NCBI GenBank assembly: GCA_963825865.1
Contig: CAWGVG010000026.1
Coordinates: 1-64,000, forward strand
Direction: 5' to 3'
Origin: an uncultured Nitrososphaeraceae archaeon
Lineage (GTDB): Archaea; Thermoproteota; Nitrososphaeria; Nitrososphaerales; Nitrososphaeraceae
Length of the DNA: 64,000 nt
Positions 11,911 to 23,454 of the stretch are shown in pieces. Both the position numbers and the translations under genes were made by a program. A model generated the notes under the pieces. The model had not been told where the DNA came from. It ran no database searches and worked only from the letters and a program-made list of their open reading frames with translations. How positions within the stretch are numbered: position 1 is the stretch's first letter; every line of letters begins with the position of its first letter.

Positions 11911-12417
11911 ATGGACATGAGTACAACCTGTGTGCTTTGTGGACAGAAGTCACAGGATTATGCTATAGAATGTTCTTGCTGCGGAAACACTTATTGTTCT
12001 GATACATGCAAGGAACAAGATCACCAAGTAAAATTCACTCATCACGAATGGCATGATTATAAACGCATTTATGAACAAATCATGAATATAGACCCAAATA
12101 TTAGGGTAGTTACAATATGTGATATCAATGGCAAAATGATGTATTCTGACTACTGTGAGGGTGTAGAGAATTTGCTCACACCAGAAGAAAGCAAAAAGTC
12201 TCTCAATCTAGCTGTAAATTCATGGAAACTACGCAGCCAACTTGCACCAAAGATTGGAAAAGGAAAATATGTATTGGCAGAATATGAAAAAGTCAAACGC
12301 ATTACTATACCTCTTGGGAAGAATCATCTTCTGTATATAACTACAGAAGTGGAGGCTGATCACTCTAGTATAATTCGTAAGATTGGAGAATTAGCATCAC
12401 AGAAACAGGATTATTAA
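11911..12417 (+). CDS. Zinc-finger plus DUF6659-like roadblock domain protein
   Basis: CVLC-x-CSCC-x-YCSDTC-x-DH-x-H (MYND/HIT-like) followed by the domain shared with 7446..8369. Confidence 0.7.
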   Translation: MDMSTTCVLCGQKSQDYAIECSCCGNTYCSDTCKEQDHQVKFTHHEWHDYKRIYEQIMNIDPNIRVVTICDINGKMMYSDYCEGVENLLTPEESKKSLNLAVNSWKLRSQLAPKIGKGKYVLAEYEKVKRITIPLGKNHLLYITTEVEADHSSIIRKIGELASQKQDY

Positions 12418-13019
12418 AGTAGTTTTCAGCCCTTAGCTCGTGAACATGGTCAAGCTAATTGGTACAATATCTTCAGCAATAATGTTGAGATATCTCATGC
12501 TAATAGGGTTTAGCAATCCTTTTAATCTGCTTTGTCAGTAACGAATGATTATTTTCTCTATTATCTCTTCATTCTGGATTGTTGGTTTTGTAATTGTAGT
12601 AATTTCCAAAATGGCTCATTGCTTGTCATGACCTCTTATGTGGTTATTATTGATCATGAAAATAAACTGCTACTTATATGTAATATTGGTCACTCAACTT
12701 TACGAAATACTAAAAAGTATCTACTACTGCACCAAACGTATCTTCTTGGATGTAATTATTACCTTCAGCGGAAGAGTTTTCATTCTCTAAATAGCCGTGT
12801 TCTGATAGATAGGCAATGACCATACTTATTATTATTTCACTATCGTTCTCACCAAGCTTGCCCTTTATTTATATGAAAGAGCTCATCTGGAAGGCTGACA
12901 AGTGTTCTTTTCATTTTGCAACTATCTCCAAGACAACATTTTTTTCTTCTATTACAGGAACACGACATCTTTATAACCAATTATATACAAAAAAATTTTA
13001 TCAGTTTATCTGGTTTCTT

Positions 13020-13200
13020 TTATCTCATAAATTCAATCAAGGTTGTTAGGCCTTTTCGTTTTAATTTCTCTTTTAATTTAGATACGTCGACATCATGTTC
13101 AATCATCTTTTTTTATTACAATAAACTCTTTATCAAATTTATCGATTAGATCATTGTAATTACTATGAAGCCATTTGACATCTTCGTCAAATTCTTTTAA
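13020..13200 (-). pseudogene. DUF5678-like small protein, frameshifted
   Basis: Hand translation LKEFDEDVKWLHSNYNDLIDKFDKEFIVIK / MIEHDVDVSKLKEKLKRKGLTTLIEFMR. Confidence 0.55.
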
Positions 13201-13498
13201 TCACTCTGCATACAGAACAGTATTTATAACATAACATAATGTGTTAATCGTATTTATCTCTATTTTGTTCCATTTTTTTACTGGCTTTGTTGTTGCCAAC
13301 CATCATATGCTATAGATTATTGTAAATAGTGCTTGTGCACAAGATAACATGAGAGTATTTGCTAACATTCAGCCATTCGTTTATTGTTAAAAGCCCTATA
13401 GAAAGCGTTTGGAATTTTTATACGGATGTCAAGCATTTGGAAACAATAACACCAAAGGAGATAGATCTCAAGATCATTAATGCTAGTCAGATAAGATC

Positions 13499-13639
13499 AT
13501 AAATGAGAAAACAAAAAACGCCATTAAATCTTCTGGTTCTCATGTGTCTATAATAGGACCTAGAGGTTCAGGTAAAAGTCAGCTAGCATTCAAGGCAATA
13601 CATCAGTATGAAAAAGAAAGCATATTTGATGTAGTATAA
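13499..13639 (+). pseudogene. P-loop NTPase (NB-ARC/STAND-like) fragment
   Basis: Hand translation INEKTKNAIKSSGSHVSIIGPRGSGKSQLAFKAIHQYEKESIFDVV*; Walker A GPRGSGKS. Confidence 0.6.
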
Positions 13640-14529
13640 TTATTACATAAACTGTCAATAAACATATAAAAAGTTACAATATGACAATTATTTTTATAAC
13701 AGAAACCATAAGATAGCATTTCTATGATTATCATATATTTGATATATCTTTAGCAATGTAGACCCGGGCTTTTCCCGAGGCTAGTCTGAGAATTATTAAT
13801 TGCCATCTATACTCAGCCAAAGCATGATTGGAGTTAAAACAATAACTACTTACTAAATTGGATAGAGTCTGTCGCCATATATGCCTGACCCAACGTGCAA
13901 AACAGATTCATGAGTACGAACTCCGACAGGACAGTAACAGTGCTGTATCTTAACTGTGAGCAATTTGGCAATTAATTCAGTCTCCAATCAGGAACAGAAA
14001 CACCGAGAAGATATAAAGTTTTTAAATAAATTTTCTGTTGGTATACGATCACCTATGTATTTTTTCTTTAACTTTTTGGTTTCAGGATCTTTCCAGTAAG
14101 CATAGTAATAAGGCTCATGCTTGTGCTCTATTAGCACAAGCAAGCTGTCTTGATTTTATATTATTTATGAATTTAGTTGCTCTCGGTTGTCTTGTTGGCA
14201 TTTGCAAGTACTTTTTGTAGCGAAGTACGCTTATTTCCAAAAAGAGGTTTATCCCAGCTAAGTATTGAGCTCCGGTTATTGTCTTTATAGAGCGATGCTA
14301 ACTCGTTGAAAAATGATTGAGAACTAGAGTTATGATTAATGTGGTTGGTAGAATTACCGTTGCTATTGGGATTATGATATCTGCTTAAACGTTTTGTATT
14401 AGTCAAATGCTCTTCTCATTATCATATGATACGTTCCTAATACTAAATTTTCTCTTGGGTATTTTAGATGAAGTAGGTATAGCAAAGAAATTCTATTGGG
14501 AAATCTAAAGCTTTTCCAGATATTTTCAA

Positions 14530-14649
14530 GCACACCATCCTTACTGCCCTTACGATCCTTACTTGTAGATAGGCCTTCATTACTGAAGCATATCTCGCTA
14601 CACTTAGTATCTGGTAAGGATGGTAAGCATCGTAAGGATGGTATAGTGC
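14530..14649. repeat. Inverted arrays of three 9-bp units
   Basis: catccttac-tgcccttac-gatccttac facing gtaaggatg-gtaagcatc-gtaaggatg. Confidence 0.8.
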
Positions 14650-15019
14650 AAATTTTCCGGATTTATTCTGTGAACCTCGAATATACCTTAATCAGAGGAG
14701 CCCTATTAACATCTTCATTAATGATTAAAATTCCATCGCTACCATGATCAAATTCAAGGTAGGAGTATAGAGTAATTGTCATTGCACCGTCAATTCATTT
14801 TGCATGGACAGGGTTCACTCTTTCATATCTAGCGATTACTGGATTATTTGTGAAGGACCACGCAAATCAGGCTAATACTACTTTTGTCTGGATTTGAGAT
14901 CTATACCTTAAGCTAGACGGTACGGTATGACGACCATCGAAACATTGCCAGGGCCTATGAAGGTTGAATTGTAAGATGCTTTAAAGTAAAATCATGTGGG
15001 AAAAAAGAGCATTGTTTCG

Positions 15020-16057
15020 TTATGTTCTTTTGAATTGTCCTTCCATTACAATTTCTGCTAGAGGTTTTCTATCGTTTGGATGTTCCTTTTCATGAAGTTG
15101 TGGTGGAAGATTATCCTTTGGTCCCTGCTTTCCGATTGCAATCATTGCCATAACATCAAAGTTATCAGGAATTTGTAAATCTGCTCTAGCTCGTTCGTAA
15201 TCAAATCCTTGCATTGCATGTACTGCTAGTCCTCTTGATGATGCTTCTAAAGCTAAATTCTCCCATGCAGCCCCAGCATCAAATTGGTGCGTTATAGAAT
15301 ATTTTTCGTTATGTTCAAAATTCTTTCTAGCTACGACCACAATTAATACAGCGGCATTTTTTGTCCAAACTTTGTTGGGTTCTGCCTCCTTTGTAAATTT
15401 AATGGCATTTTTAAGCAGATTCGAAATAACTTCATAGATTCTTATTTTGTCTGCTTTTATGAAAACACCATTTCCTTCTTTTCGTTCTGTTTCAAATGAT
15501 AATTTTACAGCATTATTGTTGTAGCGCATATTAATTTGATTTTTTATATCATTTATTGCAGTCTTTATTTGTTCATTTAGATCGAATTGTTCTTTATTGA
15601 GGTTTAGAGAACGACTTTCGATTCTTGTAACGTCAAATATGTCATCTGTAATTTGCTTCAATCTTTTTGCGTTTCTGATAACAGCATCCAATAGTTCAAT
15701 CTGCTCAGTATCTTTTATTTTAGATCGAATAATTTGAGTAAAGCCAAGTATTGGCTGCATAGGTGTTCTTAATTCATGAGATGCTATATTGATAAATTCT
15801 ATCTGCATATTGCCATTCTGTTTTATCTGTTCATTAGCCAAGGCAAGCTCTTTATTAACTGCAAATTTTTCATTAGATTCTGCTAATTCTTTAATGACTA
15901 ATGCAAGATTATTGTCTGATTCCAACACAGCATTGTTTGATTCATTTAGCTCTTTTACCTTTAATTTAAGTGCGCCATTTGAGGCTAAAAGAGAAGTGTT
16001 TGCTTCTTTTAATTCTTCAGTTTTTGCGATTAACTCTCCACTCTTTATAGTAAGCAA
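15020..16057 (-). pseudogene. Chimeric ORF: HisKA kinase fragment fused to a nitroreductase C-terminus
   Basis: ASHELRTP H-box and NLLKNAIKF N-box, then abruptly HQFDAGAAWENLALEASSRGLAVHAMQGFD (nitroreductase). Confidence 0.8.
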
Positions 16058-16206
16058 ATCTTCTGTACTTAATTTATGCCTCTTTTCGTTGGGTATCGTT
16101 TTATTGTTCTATTTAAAATAGATGGTAAATCTTATAAAGAATATCGTAAAGTCGAAGGAAAATGAAATAGTTAGCGCAAAACAATACGAGAATAAATCGG
16201 GAAGGG

Positions 16207-16842
16207 TCAATATTGTAATGGGTCGGGTCGTTTGTGAACTGTTATCAACACAATACTTGGGCCCAAGGATATCGGTGCTTGAAATGGTTGGTGATGACCT
16301 TGTTGTTGGAATGCCAATGGCATATTGAATGCAAACGTAGCTCCTTTTTTACCATCACTATTATTTTTAGCCCAAATCTTTCCACCATGTGCTTCTACAA
16401 TGCTTTTGCATATGAACAAACCTAGCCCGGTTCCTCTATCAGATTTTGTAGCAAATTTTGTAAACAACATAGGAAATATCTCAGGATCTATTCCTGTGCC
16501 TGTATCCTTTATACTTACAGTGACCTCTCTTATACTGCCGGTATATTTTTTTTCTATAGTAACATATATTGTATCATCTTGATTTGTAAATTTCAAAGCA
16601 TTACTTAATAAATTAGAAATGACTTGGGATATTCTATCTCTATCTGCTTCTATGGGAAAGAGATCTGCATTTTGGTGGTCTTCGGTGATGGAAGGAAATA
16701 AACAAGACAATTCTATATTACGGTAGATATTGCTATCATATTTGTTCTCATTGTTATTTGGGCTTTTATAATCGTCTACTAAAACTTGTATTAACTCTTT
16801 TAAATCAAATGTATCTTTTCTTATATGAAGATACATATGCAT
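16207..16842 (-). pseudogene. Histidine kinase HATPase_c fragment
   Basis: NLLSNALKF, DTGTGI, GTGLGL and EAHGGKIW present; no H-box. Confidence 0.85.
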
Positions 16843-17027
16843 TGAATTTCCTTTTCTATTTTATCTACCAAATCCTCTTCTGATTCTTCTAATTCAGCTT
16901 CGATCTTAGCCGCTTCTTCAAGATTTGTTGTTAATACTTCTTTCACCTTTATTGCAGTCTCACCTGTCTGGTAGCTATGAGCTTCATCAATTATTACTGC
17001 AAAGTATTTTCCCTTTACTTTTCGCAC
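16840..17027 (-). pseudogene. hsdR: Type I restriction subunit HsdR internal fragment
   Basis: FAVIIDEAHSYQTGE followed by an acidic segment typical of HsdR DEAH helicases. Confidence 0.7.
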
Positions 17028-17340
17028 CTTTTCGGGGGTTACTTATTGCTTCCGGAATACCATCTAAAAGATCCAGATCTATTTTTTGTAATTTGTTAAA
17101 ATTTTTTGGTGGCGAGAAATCAGTTGGAAATATACTTGAAATAATTCCTTCCGACAAAAAATCATGTGCCTTTTTAACATCGTCAACTATTTCAGGAGTT
17201 ACATCTTCAGTTTTTTGAATAAGATCAAGAATTTCATTATTTAATATGTCCCATTGTAAGTAATGAGAATCTCGTATCTTGATCCGAAGTCCAACATATG
17301 TTTCAAAATTGGCATTTTCTTTTTTCGGCATATCAATCAC
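16987..17340 (-). CDS. Hypothetical protein (possibly truncated)
   Basis: 117-aa protein-like ORF lying between the integrase and hsdR fragments. Confidence 0.4.
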   Translation of the reverse strand: MIDMPKKENANFETYVGLRIKIRDSHYLQWDILNNEILDLIQKTEDVTPEIVDDVKKAHDFLSEGIISSIFPTDFSPPKNFNKLQKIDLDLLDGIPEAISNPRKGAKSKGKILCSNN

Positions 17341-17396
17341 CGAAACTAACTTTTAACAGTTTCTTTTTAGCCTGATCAAGTTCTCTTTCTATATTT

Positions 17397-17726
17397 TCAA
17401 TTATCTGGCAAAATAGTAAAATAGCATTTCTTATGACCTTTGAATAAGTTCATAATAATTACTGTTAATCCATTTGGTTTTTTGATAACATGTAGCTTGT
17501 TGCAGTTACAACCACTAAGGTTATTACATATATCAGTATTGTGCAGATAGATGATTTCTTCCTGTCTAAGACCAGAATAGAGACCAACCTTTACAGTTAA
17601 TCCAATCTCACCAGGAATCGCCTCTAGGTCCTTTACTTTGTTGACTACATAGTTATCATCTACAATGTATATTTTCGCGGATCTCGAAGTCTCTTCGATT
17701 TCGTTTATATAAAAATCTATGTTCAT
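17397..17726 (-). pseudogene. Tyrosine recombinase/integrase fragment
   Basis: GLYSGLRQEEII matches the box I (TGLRxxE) motif; C-terminal HxxR and Tyr missing. Confidence 0.7.
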
Positions 17727-17929
17727 ACCGAAGATCAGATCTTAGAAAAAATCAAAGAAGTAAGATATCGTTTTCCTAATATGGAACCAAATGATGCAGT
17801 AACAGTTAATAACAGATTCGAAAATTTCCAATTCTTATTTCATACAGCTACGAGCTTGAGATGGAGGTTCATATCCATTTTATCCACAATCGGTATTCTC
17901 CGATAAGAACACCATAACGGCGTAGAACA

Positions 17930-18040
17930 GCCGAAATTTGTCCAAATGCGAGCATCATAATTTCTTTTAAAGGGAGGTATTTCGAAGGTCTGATAAAATA
18001 TTGAAGTTATTGCTTCTACATCCTGGCGTATTGTGATCAA
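17930..18040 (-). pseudogene. Possible DUF262 (GmrSD-like) N-terminal fragment
   Basis: FEIPPFKRNYD resembles the IPxFQRxYxW motif. Confidence 0.4.
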
Positions 18041-18356
18041 ATAATTTACATATATGGTAATTCATCACTAAGATTAAAATTACTATTATCAAATTTTGGG
18101 AAAGAGCCATTTCTTAATACTATATAGAATCATTAATCATTCATTCTGATATACTTAATAGTTAAACTTTGACAGAAGACAAATAACAGTAGTGACGACT
18201 AGTATTTACAGCATATGACAGCTGTGTTGCGCTAATGTTCAAAAAGGTTGTGCTATTCACATCAACTTTTTTGATGATACATGCAGTGAATGTAAGAAAG
18301 AATACGCTGAATTAAAGGGTCTAAGTGAAGCACATTCGGATAACGATAACAAAAGT

Positions 18357-18563
18357 ATGACTGACAAAAATCTGGAGAAAAAGTATAAGGAATTTTCCGA
18401 AGAACGTGCTAAAAAGTTGTATGAAGATTTGCTATTGCAATTTCTTAGGAGTAATTACAATGAAATTGATGCTTCGGAGAAAGTGAGATATGTCATTAGA
18501 AAACAGTGCGAGGTATGCCATATTGGTCTTGGATTTAATCCCATCTTCCTTCAAAAAGTTTAG
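18357..18563 (+). CDS. Small hypothetical protein
   Basis: Helical, charged 68-aa ORF with ATG start. Confidence 0.45.
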   Translation: MTDKNLEKKYKEFSEERAKKLYEDLLLQFLRSNYNEIDASEKVRYVIRKQCEVCHIGLGFNPIFLQKV

Positions 18564-18879
18564 ATACATCTTGCTTAGAACACAAACACATGCTACCAGT
18601 TCATTTGCTTCTCTAATATTTCCAATATCAAAAGAAGAAGAAGTAGGATTATTCGTTACGATAGAAGATGTGCTCGTCGAATTACTAAACTTATTATGTC
18701 TAGGAAAACTCGGCAATAGGGCACTACGCAAGAAGGGTGACTTATTATCATTGTAATTGAAAAACCAACTAGCTAGTATTATTAGCAAATAGGTATATCT
18801 GTAGGAAAACAACTCTCATCTGTATATGTATTCCTGCTTAATTCTCAAGATTTTTGTGTTGTCATCTACTGTGTCTTGG

Positions 18880-19775
18880 CCTTAGCCCATCCTTTCCTAG
18901 CAGTGCATCATTCTTTGGGTCGTTAGATTGACTGACTATAGGAGGCATGATATGGTCATACCAGCCATCTGAATCATCAAAAGCTATAATGCCTGCAGTA
19001 CTATTCCATTCTGCAGTTTTTGCAAGCGGTTGATTGTATCAACTAGAAAATGCTCCTCATCAAGGGGATCAGAGTATCCAGCATGTCCATCTTGATATGC
19101 AGCAGCTTTGAGGAAGCTAACTGAAGGTAAGTTACCGGATTCAGCGGCATTCCAAAAATCAGTTAAATCATACTCGTGGTTTGCTTGATTTGTTTTTCCG
19201 ATCATAGATATTGATATCGGAGGTAAATGGTGAGGGTTTGATGTAGAGTTGTAGTATTGAAACGGTTCATGATGGGGGATATAATCTGCCAGCATTGTTC
19301 CATTAATGTTTTGGTGTTTTGAATAACAGATAGCTTGCCATCGGTAGCCTTACCGGTTGGCTTGAATTCGCCCTGGAACCATCCCCAAGTCATAGACACT
19401 CTCACACCCTTAGAACAATCATCATAAGTTGGTCTTGGATCGCCTATTACTGATCCATTTGCTACGTTATCAGAAATGTTAGTTGGTGGTGTTGCTCCAT
19501 GAGTCTGACCTGACACAAGGTGGAGTGGAAGGACCAAACGTGCTGCCGAAAAAGTTATCACTAATTGCAAAATGCTGGGCATAATTCCATAATGCGGTAA
19601 CCGTGTTACCGTCAAAGTAACCCATTGTTATATTACGGTTGCAACGATTGCCTGTTGGCGAATTAGTCTCAACGAATTTATCCATCAAACCTCCATTGGA
19701 TTATCCAGATTAGGATTATGTACGTATAGGAGATTACTTATTTAGCGAGGTGTTGTTAAGTTAAGGGACCATTGG
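18880..19775 (-). pseudogene. Phospholipase C/phosphoesterase (alkaline phosphatase superfamily), multiply disrupted
   Basis: MGYFDGNTVTALWNYAQHFAISDNFFGSTFGPSTP, DYIPHHEPFQYY, LPSVSFLKA, DGHAGYSDP and DDSDGWYDH spread over several frames. Confidence 0.9.
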
Positions 19776-19840
19776 AAAACTGTGCCTCTTTGATATATAC
19801 ATCGCTATATAGTATTCCACTTGCTTGACTTTTAGCTCTC

Positions 19841-20317
19841 TTAGTTTAATTGTGGAATTTTAGCGATATCCCTTCCATATATCTCTTTAAATTCCCTTGG
19901 TTTTGCATCTTTGAAAACATCCTTACTACAGTACCTCATAGAGTATGCTGCCATCATATCCAAAATTGGTTGCAGAGCCAGGCCTTTTTCTGTCGGATAA
20001 TATTCTATTCTTATAGGTGATTCATGTGAGTAGACTTTACGTTTTATTAGTCCTATCTTTTCCATTTCTCTTAGCCTCACAGATAGAGTTTTGGGATTGG
20101 CTCCTTCTAGAGATTTTAATAATTGATTAAATCTATTCTGTTTGCCATTTATCATATTTCTTATAATTAATACTGTAAATTTTCTGCCAATTATCTTAAA
20201 TGTGTTGTCAACGGGACAAGATTTCATTTTAATATTATTATCTGATGGATTTATTATATGTGAAATGGTGCTGTTGTTGGAAGCAGTGGTGGTATCTGCT
20301 CTAGTAGTAGTTTCCAT
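19841..20317 (-). CDS. HxlR-family winged-helix transcriptional regulator
   Basis: SCPVDNTFKIIGRKF, RFNQL, TLSVRLREME and PIRIEYYPTEKG; N-terminal Cys present. Confidence 0.9.
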   Translation of the reverse strand: METTTRADTTTASNNSTISHIINPSDNNIKMKSCPVDNTFKIIGRKFTVLIIRNMINGKQNRFNQLLKSLEGANPKTLSVRLREMEKIGLIKRKVYSHESPIRIEYYPTEKGLALQPILDMMAAYSMRYCSKDVFKDAKPREFKEIYGRDIAKIPQLN

Positions 20318-20349
20318 GGCTATTATAAAGTAACATCATTATCTTATAT

Positions 20350-20458
20350 AGTTACCTTTGGATAGTTAATAACGCACTTACCATAAGGCTACTTACTATA
20401 GAAGGGGTAACTTTCGTATTTATATATAATTACTACGATATAGTTACCTATGGTAAGT
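20350..20458. promoter_or_regulatory. Putative HxlR operators and TATA box in the divergent hxlR/tfb promoter
   Basis: AGTTACCTTTGGATAGT (20350), ACTTACCATAAGGCTACT (20376) and AGTTACCTATGGTAAGT (20442); TTTATATA at 20419. Confidence 0.6.
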
Positions 20459-21460
20459 CATGTAAATTTAGTATCTGAGTTCAATAAGGATAATTCCAAA
20501 AACAAGACAAAGTATTCAAACTCACAACTACAAACTTCTATTGCTGATTCCAATTTACAAGTAGTATGTTCTGTCTGCAAAGATAATAATCAAACAATCA
20601 CAGATGCTGAATCTGGCGAGGTTATATGTAGCAAATGTGGCCACGTTATTTCAGACAAGATTCAAGAAATACAGCCCGAATGGCGGAACTTTGGCTCATC
20701 AGATGCACTCTCAGCTGATAGAAGCAGAATAGGTATGTCAACATCCTTGGCCAGACATGATATGGGACTATCAACAATAATAGGAAGGACAGACAGGGAC
20801 GCTAGTGGACAAAAAATAGATGCAGCAATGCGCTCTACTATGGAGAGATTGAAGACATGGGATTTAAGAACACAAACTCACAGTCCTACTGACAGAAGTC
20901 TTAAGCAGGCCTTCTCTCAGCTTGATGTATTAAAAGACAAACTTGGACTGCCAGATGCAGTAGTTGAGAAAGCGGCTTATATCTACAGAAAGGCTCAGGA
21001 AAGACAATTGGTAAGAGGTAGGACAGTTTCTGGAATTTTGGCTGCTGCAATATATATTGCATGTAGAGAAATGGGAATCTCAAGGACGCTAAAGGACATG
21101 ACTGCATATAATAACATCAAGCTCAAAGAAGTTGCTAGAAGCTATAGACTACTATACCTTGAACTTGACCTTAAAATCCCCATAGTTGATCCCATGAAGT
21201 ATATTGCAAGAGTGGCAAACAAAGCTAACCTTAGTGAGAAAACTAAACGACAAGCAGCAGAGATTATGAACAATGTTACTAAAAGAGAGATATCTATTGG
21301 AAAAAATCCTATGGGGCTTGCAGCATCTGTCCTTTATGTATCGTGCTTGAAGACTGGAGAGAATACAACCCAAGGTGATATTTCAACTGCAGCTGGAGTA
21401 ACAGAAGTGACTCCCAGAAGTAGGTACAAGGATCTTGTAAATCGACTTCAGTTAAATTAA
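20450..21460 (+). CDS. tfb: Transcription initiation factor IIB (TFB) paralogue
   Basis: Zn ribbon CSVC...CSKCG, PEWR, HDMGLST, two cyclin repeats (LVRGR, GKNPMGLAA) and GVTEVT. Confidence 0.95.
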   Translation: MVSHVNLVSEFNKDNSKNKTKYSNSQLQTSIADSNLQVVCSVCKDNNQTITDAESGEVICSKCGHVISDKIQEIQPEWRNFGSSDALSADRSRIGMSTSLARHDMGLSTIIGRTDRDASGQKIDAAMRSTMERLKTWDLRTQTHSPTDRSLKQAFSQLDVLKDKLGLPDAVVEKAAYIYRKAQERQLVRGRTVSGILAAAIYIACREMGISRTLKDMTAYNNIKLKEVARSYRLLYLELDLKIPIVDPMKYIARVANKANLSEKTKRQAAEIMNNVTKREISIGKNPMGLAASVLYVSCLKTGENTTQGDISTAAGVTEVTPRSRYKDLVNRLQLN

Positions 21461-21978
21461 GATCATCATCTTTTACCACAGGCGTTTGGATATCTTGTAA
21501 ATACTTTTTTTCGTAGTAGCTGAATAAAACTTCTGATAGATGTCTTTCTTGTAGAGAAGTAATACCTTCACATGTCTCAAAGGAGGCTGGTTGGAGTATA
21601 ATTGCATTTGAGTATTCATATATGTATATTATTTGAGATTAATAATACAACATTATTATTATGCTTACACCCATGCTATAGATAATTTCAATATCTTTAT
21701 TCAAATCATCATATTGTTTTTAGAATACAGTCAATGGTGAAATTTGATATTTTCCGTATGGAGTCTTTGTAGAAATAGAGGATGAATCTCCACAGCCTGC
21801 AGACATATTCAGCAATCTCAAGATGAAAGGACCAGGTTCCAATACGACCATTGACAGAAGCAAGTGAGTAAAGTTATTTTGTATGGTGCGAAAATGAAAT
21901 ATAAGCAGCAGTTCTAAAAGAACATAAAATAACGTTACCATAATATAAGAAAGAGCCTAATTATTATCACAATATTAT

Positions 21979-22797
21979 ATGAGTAAGGAAGACTATTCAG
22001 GTCATTCTAGTGACAGCAATAAGTTAGATCGTAAAAGAAAAACTGTATATTGTCCAGGGAGAAAGTATGAACATAGAAAAGAGGAAGAGTACAAGGATGA
22101 TAATGATGACAAAGATGATTCTAAACCAATTGTAATAGAATATGAAGACGGTATTACGGTAGAAAATGTTATGGCCAGTAATACATTACCTGAATTTTAT
22201 GATCCTAAAGAGGTATCTGGACGAAAGTTTTGGGATGGAGGTCTATTGAGCAATACGCCTCTTAGAGATCTCTTACAGTCTCATAGAGAATACTGGGTAA
22301 ATGTTGAAAATAAAGACGAGGCTCCAGACTTGGACGTGTACATAGTAAATGTACATCCTTCTACAATAAGTGTTAAGCACATACCTAGGCACTATGATGA
22401 AGTAAAAGATAGAAGAGACGACATAATATATGGAGATAGAACATACAACGATCAGTATGCAGCCTCACTTACTACCGATTATATAGATTTTATCAAATGT
22501 CTAAAGGATCTCGCTATCGATTACATAAAAGAGGATGAAGATAGACATGCATTTAAGAACAAGTTTGAAAGTCTCAAAACAGAGCTAGCAAAAAGCACAT
22601 CATATACAGTCGGTGAGCACAGAAAATATGAAGATCTAATTAGAGGTAGATTCGAGCTTACCAAGGTAGAGCGTATTGAACGCAAACATCATCCTGAAAC
22701 TAGTACTTCATTTAAGGGAGGAGACATAACACCAAAGACAATAGAGAAGTTGATAGAAGAAGGTCAAGGAGATGCAGAATACGCATCAATCTATTAA
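21979..22797 (+). pseudogene. Patatin-like protein lacking its N-terminal catalytic half
   Basis: FWDGGLLSNTPLR and the C-terminal region are present, but GGGxxG and GxSxG are absent. Confidence 0.75.
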
Positions 22798-23454
22798 TTC
22801 AATACAATCTTTTACTACTTTATTGAATAGTTTTTCAGCTTCATCTATCATCAGAGCCATATTATCTTCAGTATTATAATTTGGTGATGAGTACTGTTGT
22901 TGTTGTATTTGTCCTTCAAACATTTAGGAGGAGGCGTAATCCTGGCAGCCATTGCTGTAACAATCTGTTATTGAAGGAGATATATTGTAAAAAATTAACT
23001 TCAGTTACCTTTTTGGCAACAGTATTGTTTTTGACTATTGCTGTAATAGGTTCTTTAGTAGAAGAGATTTTACTTCATTGAATATTAACAGCCCATTATT
23101 GTATTTGTGAACTTCCCGTAAGTGGATTCCAATACCTTTGAATATTCTTGACTGTGACCAATCTACCTCTTCACGTTTTAAATTGTGAGATGAATGGGAG
23201 CTTTCAGGGGTGTTTTTTACTCATTCATATTATTACTTACAAACATCAGAAAAATATTTGCGGGTATAGATTCGACAGCATTCAAGATAACTCATGCTTC
23301 ACAGTCGCAATATAGCGTAAAAAATTTTGTCTATTAACTGTACTGAAATTCATCTTAGCTGATTTTATTATTTCTGTCTCTTGAAATGAAAATACAAATT
23401 GTATGAAACAAGCTAATCGTAAATTTTTTGTCTGTCATCTGGAATTTATAAATT

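Noticed and set aside
12430-12520. DHVH on the minus strand suggesting an IS200 TnpA HUH motif
   Set aside because: The surrounding frame has stops and no other TnpA motif; probably chance.
16217-16240. Possible tRNA 3'-end (att) remnant, reverse complement GTTCACAAACGACCCGACCCA
   Set aside because: Too short and degenerate to support without the genome's tRNA set.
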